From contig NC_087437.1 in NCBI RefSeq assembly GCF_036321535.1, positions 17,672,001-17,736,000 on the forward strand: a stretch of DNA of 64,000 nucleotides, given 5' to 3'. The stretch is from Camelus dromedarius (taxonomy: Eukaryota). The notes beneath the pieces were generated by a model that had not been told where the DNA came from, did not search any database, and saw only the letters and a list, made by a program, of their open reading frames with translations. The position numbers were made by a program, and so were the translations under genes. This document shows, in pieces, positions 38,896-51,859 of this stretch. How positions within the stretch are numbered: position 1 is the first letter of the stretch; every line of letters starts with the position of its first letter.

Positions 38896-41800
38896 GAGCA
38901 CACTCCTTGAAAAGGAGGTGAATTTTTGTTTATGGTAAACCTACTGTCTTTTTGTCAGTCCTTGTTCACCTGTAGCAGGTGAATTTGAACCTGATTTTGG
39001 TCTTAAATTTTTTAGAGAAAGTAGAGAGAATGTTTTGTCAGGATATTTGACATCAGTTCCCTTCCGTGGCCAATAATTTCATTCCTGCACCCACTATACA
39101 CTTGCTAAAAAGACATGCAATTGTATGATGCTGAAAATCTCTAGCAGAAGACAAGTAAGATTGTGAACGAGAGATCTGGCCGTCCTGATCCAGCACAACT
39201 AATGAAGTCTGCTTTGCCTGAGGTGAAGCGCCCACATTCACCAGTCGTGACAAATGGAATGAGAGAATCTGTCCTTTATGTCCAATTCTGCGGCATAGAT
39301 TAAGACTTTGCCATAAACCAGCACTGGCTTCTGCTCCTGATGACACCATTATCATTTTTAAACTTATCATTTATTCATTAAAGCCATCCCGGAGCTTATG
39401 GGGTTGTTGACAGAACATAAATACAAACATAAAAATAAATCATCCAATCAAAGTCCTCTAGAGCTGCCTGGGACTCCAAGGTCAACTTGTCCAGTCCCCT
39501 GTTGAAGTGATGTAGTCATTAGATTCTTTACCTCTGTCCCCATGTCTTCATTTCTAAAGTCTCCTTTAAGATGAAGGACCTCCATGAGGGGCTCCCTAGG
39601 TCTTAATCCTTTCACCTGGCCCCAAAGATAATGTGTCCTATGCTTCGACTTACCTTTGTCCTACCGCAGCAGAGACCTGTCTGTTTCGGGCTGGGGGCGT
39701 GTCTCTCTGTGGGTCTCTCCCACTCTGGTCTTCTCAGATCCAGCCTGTATGAGTTCTCTTCAGCCCTCTCCTTGAGTTTGCTGGTTCTCTGGCCATTGAC
39801 ATCCCCTAACTGGGCACCTTCTCCCCAAACATCCATGCTGACCTTTCACTGATGTATAGTACAGGACAAAGTGATAGCAATAGCTGTAATGAATAGCAAG
39901 ATGAAAGTCCCTTCACATGGACACATCCTAGTGCAAAAACACATGCACACCCCTCTTCAAGTTATGCACGAGCAACCACCTCTCTGGGCCTCCTTATTTT
40001 CCATAAAATGGTGGACTGAACTGGATGAGCTCTATGTACCTTTCATGGATCTGTCCTGATAGATGAGGACTAAATACTTACCTTCTCGGAATAAATATAG
40101 AAAGCAATGGTGCTCAGATATTCTCTGAAAAACTGGAACATTTGAGTAACACAGAAGAAAATAAAAGGTTTGTTATAAATCTCTTCCCTGAAGTTATTTG
40201 TAGATTATGAACCTGATTTCCACTCTTTTAGGAAACCTTAGTTGTAGGAGTTGGATGTACTCATTGTTAAAATAAAAGCCCCTGAGATGCTGGAATAGCA
40301 TGTTAAGAAATGGTGGTCTAGTTTAAGCACGTTAGAACTGGAAGCTTGATTTTAGCTTCTGCTGTCAATGTTATCTTTGATGCCATTTGTTGTTCTTTGC
40401 AGTTTTTTCACCAGTATACCGGGGATCCCATACAACCGCACAAAAAGTTTGTAAACCAAGCAGAGTGCAGGATTTGAATTCTAGCACATGTGTAGTACAG
40501 GAAGCTTTGTAGATCACAGTTCTTTCTGTGCATGTAGAGGTTCTGAGCTAAATTATATCTTCTTGAGAGTAGCAGTTAAGGCTAGCATTGCCCTCTCATC
40601 TTTGCCCTAGTACACAGTAAGATTCAGTAAGGCTTGGTGAGTGGTTGACAGTAGACCAGAAACCCCCTGGGGTAGGTCAAGGCATTCATCCTTCCCCAGC
40701 ATCAGCCTTAAAACAAACAAACAAATCAACAAAGTTTCTGATAAGGAACTTGAGTTTTATTCATTTTTAATTTTTTTTTCTCTTGCTATCAACAATCATG
40801 GTGAACAAGCTTAACATTGTACCAATGTCTGAAGGGAGAGAGAAAAGGGGAGAAAAGTTGGACAACCCCCAGAGCCTCATACATATGTACATGCCTGGGT
40901 AGCGCTGTCCTTCCCTCAAATTCCAAGGGGCAATTTTCTAGCTATTTCTGTTTTGTGACTATAAAAATATAAAATATCAGATGAAAAATGAGCAATGAGG
41001 CAGCAGACGATGCTTACCACATGATTTTCATTGCTCAAAAAACCAAAATCAGCCTACGCTAAAATGTCTTGCTGATGCCCCTAAAATATTCCATCTTTAG
41101 ACAGAACCATTCACTATTTTTAAAAAGCCAATAATCAATAAGTCTTAATTTGTTGCACTGACATTTGTGCAGGTTTCATCGAGATGAAATTAATTAGAAA
41201 GAAAATGGTTTCTCAGCGATTGGCAAGAGGAAGGGAGTCCGTGGCAAGATAAGTTTGACCCTGTGTCTTGGAAACATTTTAATGAGGTTCAGCCTCCACG
41301 CACTTGGATCTGGCTGTTTGTTGAGTGTGCACTGACATTTCTAATGGGCTAGAGGTTTCCAAAGTCGGCCAGTGACTCTGAAGGCATTTCGTGGGTCACT
41401 GGAGTTCTAGGTGGATGGAGGTAGGAATAAGATTGAATAAAATGTATATAGTTTGTGAATTAAACATCTGGGAGAAAGACTTGTGAATAATAATGTCACC
41501 AAGAACATGGTGCACCTCCCTCCACATTCTCAGCTGAGATACTTTAGTTTCTGAACATTGTTAATTGAAGTTCAGTCCAATCCCAAGTTGCTGGCACTGA
41601 AAGGACATTTTTCCTCTATGAGGGGCCCTCTGTGCAGCCCTGCCTGTGCCGTTCACCTGGGATAACCAGGTTCTGAGAAGAGTGCGGAGGTGGTATTCAC
41701 CCCAGAGCCCTCAGGGGAGAGCACTTGCTTTAATTGCTTTAGGAACCCTTCCTACCAAGGAGGCTAATGGAATTAGACAAGGAAAATACTAGCAAGACTT

Positions 41801-42419
41801 GATCAAATACATTGGATTTTCCCCACAGCACGTAATTAGGTTAAGAGGAGTGATTCAGAGTAAACCCAAGGTACTGGCTCCTCACTGACCTGCGTCTCCA
41901 GGGGAGACCAGAAGGACCAGGACACCGAGGCTGCCAGCACTGGGGTGGATGTCACTTGGAAGGAGTGCTGAGCAGCCTGGGCCGTCAGCTCTGCTCGGGC
42001 TCAGAGCCTGTGGAGGGGTAGCAGAGGGGGAACGTGGTGGGCTCCCTGATCGTGACGTGACTGCTCTCTCTTGAATTGTCACTTCCAATGTGGGACCCCT
42101 TTCTCTTCCTGTGTGACCTTGCCCTCCATCTTGGGCAGACTCAGAAGGATACTTTCTTTGGGCAAGGGCTCTCCCAGCAGGTGAGAAGATGACAGCAACC
42201 AAGTGAACAAGGAGGAGACAAGAAGACTTAAAAAAAGAAAAACAGCCATGGCCAAAAGTATGGTTTTTCATGAAAGCACCTATGATTTATGTTGAACCTT
42301 AGAACGTGAGGGCAGCAAAGAAATGATTGTGGGCATCAGCAGGGGGCCCCTGCCTTTGAGCTCCTGTTTAGAGTTAGCACAACTGTTATCACAAAAGTTA
42401 TGAAAGCAAACATCTCTTG

Positions 42420-42570
42420 CAATCACTATGTACCAGTTGCTGTGCTAAGCATTCTACACTCACTGTTTCCTCACAGCTTCCCCAGAAGACACTTTACAGA
42501 AAAGGAACTGAGGCACAGATAGTTTAAGGAACTTTCTGAAGGTCACAGAGTTGGCAAGTGGATGAAGCGA
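42420..42570 (-). mobile_element. MIR SINE
   Basis: 'tttacagaaaaggaactgaggcacagatagtttaagg...aaggtcacagagttggcaagtgg'. Confidence 0.75.
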
Positions 42571-43739
42571 GACTGAGTGCATTTTGTTCACCAGTTACAT
42601 TTGCTGTGATGTTCAAGTTCAAGTTGTCTTCACTGCTGGGGAATATCTCTCTAAAGGGATCAATAATGGCTTCCTAGAGAGGATGGTAGATAAGACTGAG
42701 CAAGAAAATTAGGAAGAGAGAGTCCACAAAGATGAAGGGAAATCAACATCAGTGTTGGTGACACATGACATTGGAGAAAGAAGAATTTCTGCACCATCAG
42801 AGCTACACAAGCGTGAGACCCTTCATGCAGAGGGTGAATCTGGCCCCTCTGATAAGATCCCTCCAGAGGCATGCAGAACGCCAGAGGCAGGCACTGGGGA
42901 GACAGGAATCTAGATACTCCCCCAGGAAAGAAGGGGGTCTTGCAGGTTGGGGAAGATGTGAGGACAATTATGTGTGCAACCGAGTATGAGTCAATCAAAG
43001 ATGGGTTCAATCAGAGATGCGTTGCCTTCTGGGATCATAAACCCAGAACATGACAAAATAGCCTGTAAGACTCTGAAAACACACAGGACTTCCCAATTCT
43101 GCTGATTTGTATGCCTTCATTCAAAAATATTACTTAAGCAGAGGAGACAAAAGCAAATAAGGTAGCAACTTTACTTCCAAGGAGCTCAAGTATGAAAGGA
43201 GACAACCAAAAATTGTAGCAGAAGGAAACCTACGACTGATGCTAAAATGGAGATATAAAAATGCCACAGTTCAGACCCAGAGGGGCAGAGGTCAGCTTCA
43301 TGTGGGTAGTGGTGAAGTCCCTCAGGCCACATACAATTTTGAATGAAGAGAAGCATCAAATAGAAGCAAAGAAGAGGGGAGGGCATTTTAGGAAGAAAAT
43401 AGGAGAAGTTAGAGTCCTGTAAAGGATTTGCAATTCTAGATAGGAAGTTGAAAGTCTTGGGGCAGAGGGAGAATTTTCTTCTCCTCTGTTCATCTGTTAA
43501 AAGAAAGGAGGTCCTGGTTAGTGAAGAGTAGATTATAGATGGTCTTGAAGAGAAGGATTTGTTTTCCCACCTCACTTAAGAACAGATGGATCAGGACCCC
43601 GGACACATTCTATGACTGTGTTTGATTAAAGACCCACAAGCTTGCTATTGAACCTTGCAGCCTGAGTAGGAGAGAGAAACACCTAGACAAGCCTGGGAAG
43701 TTAGACACTCAGAAGGACCATGTGGATGATCCGCGAAGA

Positions 43740-43925
43740 GAAAGCCATCATGGTTTAATGGAAGGAGTACGTGGTGGGGAATCAGACGTAGGGCTTTAAC
43801 TCAGGTTTTGCGGCGAATTAGTTATGTGAGCTTGGGTTACTGACTTCCCCTCTCTGGACCTCGGTTTCATTGCCCTGTCTACAACATGAAGGGGTTGGAC
43901 TAGACGACCTCTTAGTTCCTTTTCT
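43740..43925 (+). mobile_element. MIR3-like SINE
   Basis: 'tgacttcccctctctggacctcggtttcatt...aacatgaaggggttggactagacgacctct'. Confidence 0.7.
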
Positions 43926-44894
43926 GTGAGACATCTGATGTTCTTTTGTTCTAGTTCTCCAGGAAATGGATCAGGAATAACAGAGCCTCCCCAGGGTGCG
44001 GGCAAGAGGGCAAACACACAGAAATTTATCACAGAGAGGTCAAGGCATCCGCCGGGCAGAGCTGAGACCCACGGTTTAGTCCCACAGGGGTCACAGGGCC
44101 ACACATGGTGGGAGAAAGGGAAGGGGAGAAAGCCTACTTCTTCAGGAAATCCAGGGCAAACTGGAGAGGAACTTCCAGGTGAGTTTCTCAGAAAAAGAGA
44201 GAAGGGCACAATTTTCACAGCAAATGCTGCCTCTTGGCCTGTCAAAGGGAGGCAAGGCAAGGCTCCACAGGGCAAGGCTTGAACATGGGCCCCGAGGCTG
44301 GTGAGTGCAGGCTTGGGGGCTTTACCAGCTCCACTAAAATCTGAATGTCCGATAAATTCTTGATTTGGTCTGCTATTTCATCTCTGGGGAAGTAGAGAAA
44401 ACTGTGAATGGATCTGCTCCTCTGAACTCAGTTCTGACTCCACAGTCTGGAAAAGGATGCTCCAGGCAACAGGATAAAAAAGTTTTAAAAAATATTTTTG
44501 TTGAATTTTGCAAAAAATGCAGGAACTGGATAGCCCCATTACTGGGACAAATTGGTGCAATAGCCTGGAAACGAACAATATTTTCAAATGAGAGTTTATT
44601 CCCTTTTCATTTTCCCATTTGAGCCTCACCGAAACCTCACAGGGTGGGTTGATTTTGCAATGAAGAAGCAAGCCACGGTGCTAGTGGATAGAACCTGGGT
44701 CTTTGACGCTCCACGCCCCACCCTTTCCCATTAACCTGGAGGAACTTGTACCGATAGACACATTTTTATTCAAGGTAAAGCAAGGACTTTCTGTCCTTGC
44801 AGGAATATTTGCAGACTACAGAAGAAGATAAAGAAAAATTTAAACACCCCATTCAGAAATTACTGGCATTATTTTTTAGATTCCCCCCAATCCA

Positions 44895-45430
44895 CTTCTT
44901 ATTTTGAAAAATCAAAAATTTGAAAGATAACAAACCTCTGGTAATCCCTTCCCCCAGATTCAGCACTTGTTAACGTTTGGCCATGTTGGCTTCATCCATC
45001 TTCGCTATACTGTTTGGAGGTGATTTGCGGACATTATGCTATTTCATCCCTGAATAGTTCAGAATATATTATAATAGCAAGTTTATTTCCCTACAAAGCC
45101 ACAGCAACATTGTCACAACCAAAAATTTAACATTGATTGAATAAAATTATCTAAGAGTCAGTCTACATTCAAATTCCCCAATAGTCATCCAAATGTCCTC
45201 TGCAACCTCTTATTTTGATCCAAGATCTAATTGAGTTCCATGTGTTGCTTTTGTTGTCATGTCTCTTTAATATACTTTTTTTTTGTTTTGGTTTTGGTCT
45301 TTCACAACATTTACATTTTTGGAGTGCCCTGGCCAATCATCTTCGTATATTTTTCAGATTTTGTGGTCATCATTAGATTCATGTGAAACATTTTTGGCAA
45401 GAGTACCACATAGGACATGGTTTGTACCTT
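44895..45430 (-). mobile_element. L1MC-like 3' end
   Basis: 'cccagattca...gttaacgtttggcca...aatttaacattgat...tacattcaaattcccca...gatccaagatc...tttttggcaagagtaccacatagg'. Confidence 0.65.
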
Positions 45431-45584
45431 TGGCAGATTTAATTTTCTACACTGAGCCTATATGGTTTCTCTAATCAGAAAACAGACTAATACATGTTAT
45501 AGTTTTTAAAAAAGCTTTCAAATAGCATAGCCCTTGGTGCCTGGCACTATGCCTAATACATTGTTCAATGAATTTATAGGTGAA

Positions 45585-45700
45585 TTCATGAACTGCCTCA
45601 GTTGGTAATGATCCTCTTGTCCATGGAAGTATTCAAGCAGAGGCTGGATTACCCCTGAAGGGAAGAGTGGAAGAGGGGATTTGACATTGAGAGGAAGTCT
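45585..45700 (+). mobile_element. L3/CR1 3' fragment
   Basis: 'catggaagtattcaagcagaggctggattacc...gaagaggggatt' resembles the CR1 3' end. Confidence 0.55.
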
Positions 45701-46319
45701 TCTCCTTTGACTCTAGTGGACTTTGCTGGAGTTTTTGTCTCATGTTTCAAATTTGCACGTAATGTGAACACTACTGTTGGAATTTTAAAAAGTTCTTCCA
45801 TGTCTCTCTCTTCTTCTCTCTCCCTCTGTCATGAAGTTCCTCCTTCCTTTCACCATCATTTTCTTAGTTGCAAACTTCTCAGGACTTTCTAAGTCCTTTC
45901 AGCCTGTGATACCAAGTATGCACCCTCTATGCTCTTTTGGAACCAGTGAGGAGTTAAACTGTGGCAGAGGAAACCAGACAACAGACCTAGCATAGGAAAG
46001 AGCTGTTTGTTCCAGAAAACTACTTCAGGGCACCCACGTGGGCTTCGATCAGCGGAGAGATGTGCAGTCCTAGAAGAGGTGAGATGATGTGAGGAAGCCA
46101 TCTACACCAGGTTCCTTAAGAGGGTGCTTCTAACCCATTTCCTCATTTTATCAATAAATTCTGTCCCCTGAGTTGCCTTTAATTTCAAAGGGTCTTCTTG
46201 GAGTTTGTGCCTCTACCTAGTGCACGGTAAGAATAGCTTCCATCCGCCTGTGTGGGGCTGTTGCATTATTCCACTGGCTTTTTTTTCCCCCTGGGCTTGC
46301 CTGGGTAATGTTCTTCCCT

Positions 46320-46790
46320 TACAAATTTCATCTCACTGCACTGTGCATTGAAACGACGCAGTTATGGAGCGCACAGGGAAAAAAATTATAATGCCATTAA
46401 AAGTTATCATAAATTTCAGATCAGCATCACTTCTAATCCGATACACAATTTTACTGCCTCTATAAAGTAGGTGATTTGCAGTGGTCTGAGGCGTCTCCTG
46501 GAGCATTTTACTTCTTTTTAAATTAAACACACCAACTTTGTGCTGAATTCAGAGTGTGGACATAAAAAAGGGGGTAAAAAGGAGAGGGAAGGGACATCAG
46601 ATGGGAATTGCAATTGAATCTTTATATATGCCATCTTGGCACTGTGGTACTAAATATAGTGCCAAGTAAATAGATGTGCTGAAATATTCAGAATAAAAAA
46701 CAAATGTTCCAATAGCAGAAGCAGTGAGCCCGGAGAATGTTTCCACAGTGGGTGTGCTTAAAATAATAAAATACTGTTGTTTAAAACTAC
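46320..46790. promoter_or_regulatory. Candidate conserved non-coding element
   Basis: Repeat-free, AT-rich with retained CpGs, HOX-like (CATAAA, TTATGG, CCATTAA) and FOX-like (GTAAATA, AAACAAA) motifs. Confidence 0.4.
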
Positions 46791-48096
46791 TCAATCCTAG
46801 AAAACCCTATGTTGTAAAAAATATATGCTGGTATATATGTGAGGGGCTATGTATGTTGAACATATATATGTATATAAAAACTCCTAGGAAATTAAATAGA
46901 ATGTAAGGGGCTTGATTTTACTGACTAGAAAATTACACTGATTATTTCTTTGAGGTCCATTAACTCCTTCTGGAAGCTTAGGACGTCTGAAGTTGTCATT
47001 TACTGAATGGTTACCGAGTATTCTGAAATGTGATGTCCCCAGCAAGGGCTGATCCATTAACCAGGTGCAGACATAGAGGGAGGTGTTCATACCACAAAGA
47101 GAGCTCTGTTCACAAGGTTTCTGGTTGAAAGGGTCCAGCTGAATTGTGACAGCGCTTCTCCACCACACCCAAATGCAGTTGGTTAAAAAAAAAAAAAAAG
47201 AAAAATCGTTTGCTAAGTATCTGCTTTGTGCAATACTCTGAGTTAAATACTGAAGATACAAAGGGAAAAATAATAAAACCATAGGTCTACCCTCAAGAAG
47301 CTCACAGTTTAGAGGGGAGTTTACAGGAAGTAAACTATGATTATAATAGCATGTGCTCTACAGTTGTGTCAGATGTAAATGCTCATTGGGACTGAACAGA
47401 GAAGAGAGGAAGTCACGTGTCCGTCATGAGAAAATGGCATCTGGCATCTTGTAGCTCCTTCAGATTGGGTCTGAGTTCTCCAGTCCAAATATTTTCAGCA
47501 ATATTAATTGATTAACCAACAAATAATACAGTCAACAAATATGTATTCAACTCTGGCTACTGTATGTTATTTATTTCGGGGCTTAGCACAGTGCCTGGAA
47601 CAGACAGAAGTGAACAGGGTGTCTTTGGAATTAATGAAGCTGGTGACACAAAGATGAATAATAATACTCAGCATACAACACTCTTTACATTTGAAAGGTA
47701 TTCTTACTTAGGTTATGCTATTAATCCTTTACAATCAGGTAGGTATTATTTCAACTTTACCGATGGAAGAACAGAGAGGGAAAGTGGTTTTCCCCTAAAT
47801 ATGTATCAGGCTGGACCGAATCCAGATCATCTCATTGCATGTTCTGCCCTGGTTCTGCACCAGCTGGGTTCTATGTGATGCACACATACAGACATCGGTG
47901 TGGATGAGTCACATGTTGGGCCCCTGGGAAGACTGTAACGACAGGATGTGTTGTCACAGCTGACTCTCAGTGGAACCAGAGGACCTAGACACAGTTGCCT
48001 GTGACTTGTGATGACTCTTGTGATGTCCCACGGATTGACTGTAACAGACCAGATGGACAGAAAGCTTTGATCATGATGCAATCCTAGAGTCAGGTA

Positions 48097-48188
48097 GAGG
48101 GGAGGATATAGCTCATTGGTAGAGCACATGCTTAGCATGCCCGAGGTTCTGGGTTCAATCCCCAGTACCTCCATTGAAAAACCATTGG
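48097..48188 (+). mobile_element. Camelid tRNA-derived SINE (Vic-1 type) with perfect 13-bp TSD
   Basis: 'ggggaggatatagctcattggtagagcacatgcttagcatgcccgaggttctgggttcaatccccagtacctccatt'. TSD ctagagtcaggta at 48084-48096 and 48189-48201. Confidence 0.95.
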
Positions 48189-48204
48189 CTAGAGTCAGGT
48201 AATA

Positions 48205-48416
48205 AAGCATAACATTTATGAGGCATGTAATACATGTCAGCACACCATAATCTCTTTCAGTCCTCACTACAACCCTATAAGGTGGGTCCTATTATTGTCA
48301 TCCTTATTTTGCAGATGAAGAAACCAAGGCAGAGAGAGATGAAGACACTTGCCTAAGGTTGTACAGGTGAATATCCGGGAGATAAGATTCTAATCCAGAC
48401 AGTTCGCCTCCAGAGT
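48205..48416 (-). mobile_element. MIR SINE
   Basis: 'cctcactacaaccctataaggtggg...attttgcagatgaagaaaccaaggcagagagag...acttgcctaagg'. Confidence 0.82.
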
Positions 48417-50109
48417 TTGCTGCCCGGAGATAACAGGACATCATTTACTCATCTCTCTTGTGCTGCTGGGTGTCCTACTGTAACTGGAGACAGGGTGCTC
48501 TGCTGAGAGATAGCTAGTGGAGGTGAGACATGACCTAATGTAAGAAGTATTTGCCGTTGTGTGAAAACGAATGAATGAATAAGTGCATGAATGCATGAAG
48601 TTGTTTCTAGGTTTATGCTATCACTGGAGAATGATGTGTCACTGATCTCATGAAGGACAGTCATACTTCATAATATTTTGTGTTTTGGAAACAGGTTGTA
48701 TTTGTTCAGCAGTGTCAGCAAAGTTGGATCTCCTGATGTGAAATACAATCGACTGTGAACTCTAAATATCCATTAACTAGCTAATTAATGCATTTAGTAA
48801 ATTAATTAGTGAACATTTGTTAACTGCCTGCTAGTATACTGGATGCTCTGATTGGAGTTCATTTATCATGGTACTGTGGTCTTTAATTCAGTCAGATCAT
48901 CTTACCTGAAACATACAGATGTTTAGCCTTTAAATGAAAATAAATACCAAGGAACTGATGATTACTCTTCACTCCCATGAATGTTAGGTGATACCTGGTT
49001 TTGACCTTTAGCTAAGATTCTGTTTAAACACACACTGGAACTGGTTGAATATGGGACAGATGTGAAGTCTTTCATCTTCCCTAGTTTTGGGGACTTCTTG
49101 ATGGTGACGCAGCTTTGATGACAGAGGTTAGCTGGCCTCAGAGAGAAAGAGCAGTTTCAGTGGTGGGACTGGGTCCTGTGTCTGGCCACTCCTCAGAGCC
49201 CTTAATACATACACGTTTGCCATTCTGCTAAGGAAGACAGGGACTCATGACACCCTGAAGTCAGGAGCTTAAATAAAAATACATTTGGCGGTGATAAAGT
49301 TAGGGCTGGGAAAAGCATATATCATTAATTAGTCATTAATGAATTACTAATTAAATTATAATTCATGTCACTTTGTAATGATTACTTTAAACATAGTTAT
49401 AAATAAGCTTTCAGATCCTTTGGTGAGATGGTCCAATCAGACATGGGGACTATGAACAGAATTTTTTAAACGGCATTTTAGTATCCAATTCAAATTAACA
49501 AAACTTTTCGTACAGCAAGAGATACTAGCATCACTTCATAGTGAAGACCAGAAATTTTATTACATAAGAAATTCTATAGAACAGATTGGATCACTTAGGA
49601 AGGTGTGTAGTTGCAAGTCACAGAAAAACATGACAGCGATTTCAATCAATGGGATTTTAAGATATATATTTACATTTAATATACATAGATGTCTTATGTC
49701 TGGAGGTAAGTGGCTGAAGGTTTTGGTTCTACTCTCAGTGGAAGCAGGCTTGGTTTTTATATTTCAATTTGGCTCTGGTGGTTGCAATGTGGCTTCACAG
49801 TCAGAACCCAGGTCCCATTCAAAGATGGGAAAAGAGAGCTGGAAGCCAGCAATGCTGTCTACTTTTATCTAAATGAGCATAATTTTTCTGAGAAATCTCA
49901 GCAGACTTCAGCTTCATTTCATTGTTCAAGGTTATGACTCAAGGCAAAGCTGCAAAGAATACTGGGAAAACGAGTGTTCACGTGTTCCAGCCTCTATGAA
50001 GAGTCAAGGGAGAAAGGCTTGGGAAAAGGTGTTGAGTCCATTAGCCCCCAGTGAGGCCTCATGGATGCACTCACAAACTTTATTTCAAAAGGAGTTAATT
50101 TATATATTT

Positions 50110-50480
50110 AGCATATTGTCCCTGAAATATATTACGGAAAGTTTCAAACATATCCAAAAGTACAATTATATAATAAATCCCTATGAACCCATCACCTATC
50201 TTCAATAAATATTACCTCATGGCCAATATTGTTTCATGTACAACCCTATCATAAAAAATACCTCCAGATATTTTAAAGCAATCCTAGACATTATATCATT
50301 TTATCCATAAATATTTTAGTGTATGTCTCCAACAGTTAAGGATATTTAAAAAGAAAATATACCCATATTACCACTATCACCCTGAAACTAAATTAACAAA
50401 AATTCCTTAATATTATCAAATATATATATATTCACATTTACCCAATTATCTCATTTTTTTAACAGTTTGTTTGAATTAAG
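50110..50480 (-). mobile_element. L1MC-like 3' end
   Basis: 'aaagtttcaaacatatccaaaagta...cccatcacc...catggccaat...ttttaaagcaatcctagacattatatcatttt...aattccttaatattatcaaata'. Confidence 0.7.
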
Positions 50481-50914
50481 GTACAATGTTGCCTTTTCTC
50501 TAAAGAATTAGCTATTAATTATTTTGTTCATGATTTCAGAAAAATTTTAATTGATGTATTTAATATTAGTGGGGTTTTTTTCTTCATGGTTGACAAATGC
50601 CTCTGCACTCAGGTATTTAGAAGTACTTATAAGAGTCAAAGATTTGTGGCAGCCTGAGTTGACCATCTTTATACAAAGAATCATACTCTACAAGGTTCTG
50701 TTGGATTTGAGTGTTGATTCCCAAAGTCTAGCTTGAAGGTCGAGAGATTGGCAAGTAGGTGTATTCCTTTGGAGCAGCTCTGTGTGTTAAGAAGTCTTAG
50801 ACTATAAACTCTACAGAAGCTTCCAAGTTTGGGGATGACTCGCAGCATGTGCTGGGAGTGGTGGCACAGATGCAATGCCTTTTCTAGGTCCTGCTCAGGC
50901 TCGCAAGTTTGTTT

Positions 50915-51110
50915 ATTCAAAATCAACAGTCAGGGAAGATCTTTCCAAATACAACTCAAAGTCCAGAGCTATAAATGAAGAGACTAATAAATTTGAGTAC
51001 ATAAAAATAAAATAGTTGTATATGAAAAGAAAAAAAACCCTCAAAACATAAACACATGTAAGGACAAATGGCAAATTAAGGGAAAATGTGCAACCCATAT
51101 CACAGACAAC
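50915..51110 (+). mobile_element. L1 ORF2 fragment, followed by an L2 fragment to ~51280
   Basis: 'ccagagctataaatgaagagactaataaatttgagtacataaaaataaaa...tgcaacccatatcacagacaa'. Confidence 0.6.
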
Positions 51111-51859
51111 AGGCAGTCATCAGGCTAGAGATGATGGTGCTTGAACTGCGCTGGTATCGTGGGGACAGAGTAAAGCGAATCGACTTGGGGTACCTTGTGG
51201 AAGTGGAGCCAACAGGGTCTGCTAATGGATTGGAATTAGGACACGAAGGGGAGGAGCAAATAAGGGATGATTTCTAGGAAAATTGTTGGAAAATAGGCAA
51301 GTCTCCAAATAAGAGAAAAAACGATGTAAGAAGTAGTGTATTAACTGTTCCTCTATAAATATTGGAACCATAAAACTTCAGTGAGTGCACGGAAAGATGT
51401 AGCCGTAGGTGTGACCTTGCCATTCCAGGTCATGGACAAAGAGTACAGTCAGATACTTGCTGTGTGTTCTAGAGTCAGGAGGCTGGCATGAGAGCTTGAC
51501 TCTATCCTTTATGTGATCGTGGGCTACCTTGCCAACTCAACCTCTCCAAGCCTCTGTTTCTAGATAGGTAGAACAAGTTTAATAATACACTAATCACGAA
51601 CTATGTAAACTTTATCTGGTGACCTATTTCTTATCTGGTGACCTATTTCAACTAACGGCTTGGGAAAAAACAAAGAGTACTACATTAAAATGAGTACTAC
51701 ATACGTTAAGCTGGGCTCCTTGGGATTGTCATTTGTCAGGGACCTTGCATGATGGTATGTCTACATCTTGAATGCCAATTTTGATTTTCTCAATGACATC
51801 TTTTCCTAACTGTGAAAAACTGAGAAACCACCATGGTGGGAAATATCAGATCTTTTTCA

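Noticed and set aside
42336..42350. CTCF-like motifs (here, and at ~9903, ~54615, ~58992)
   Set aside because: Partial matches to a degenerate motif are expected by chance in 64 kb; not supportable without a PWM scan or ChIP data.
48097..48175. tRNA-like sequence with A and B boxes
   Set aside because: It is a SINE: TSDs, A-rich tail and five diverged copies in the window. Not a tRNA gene.
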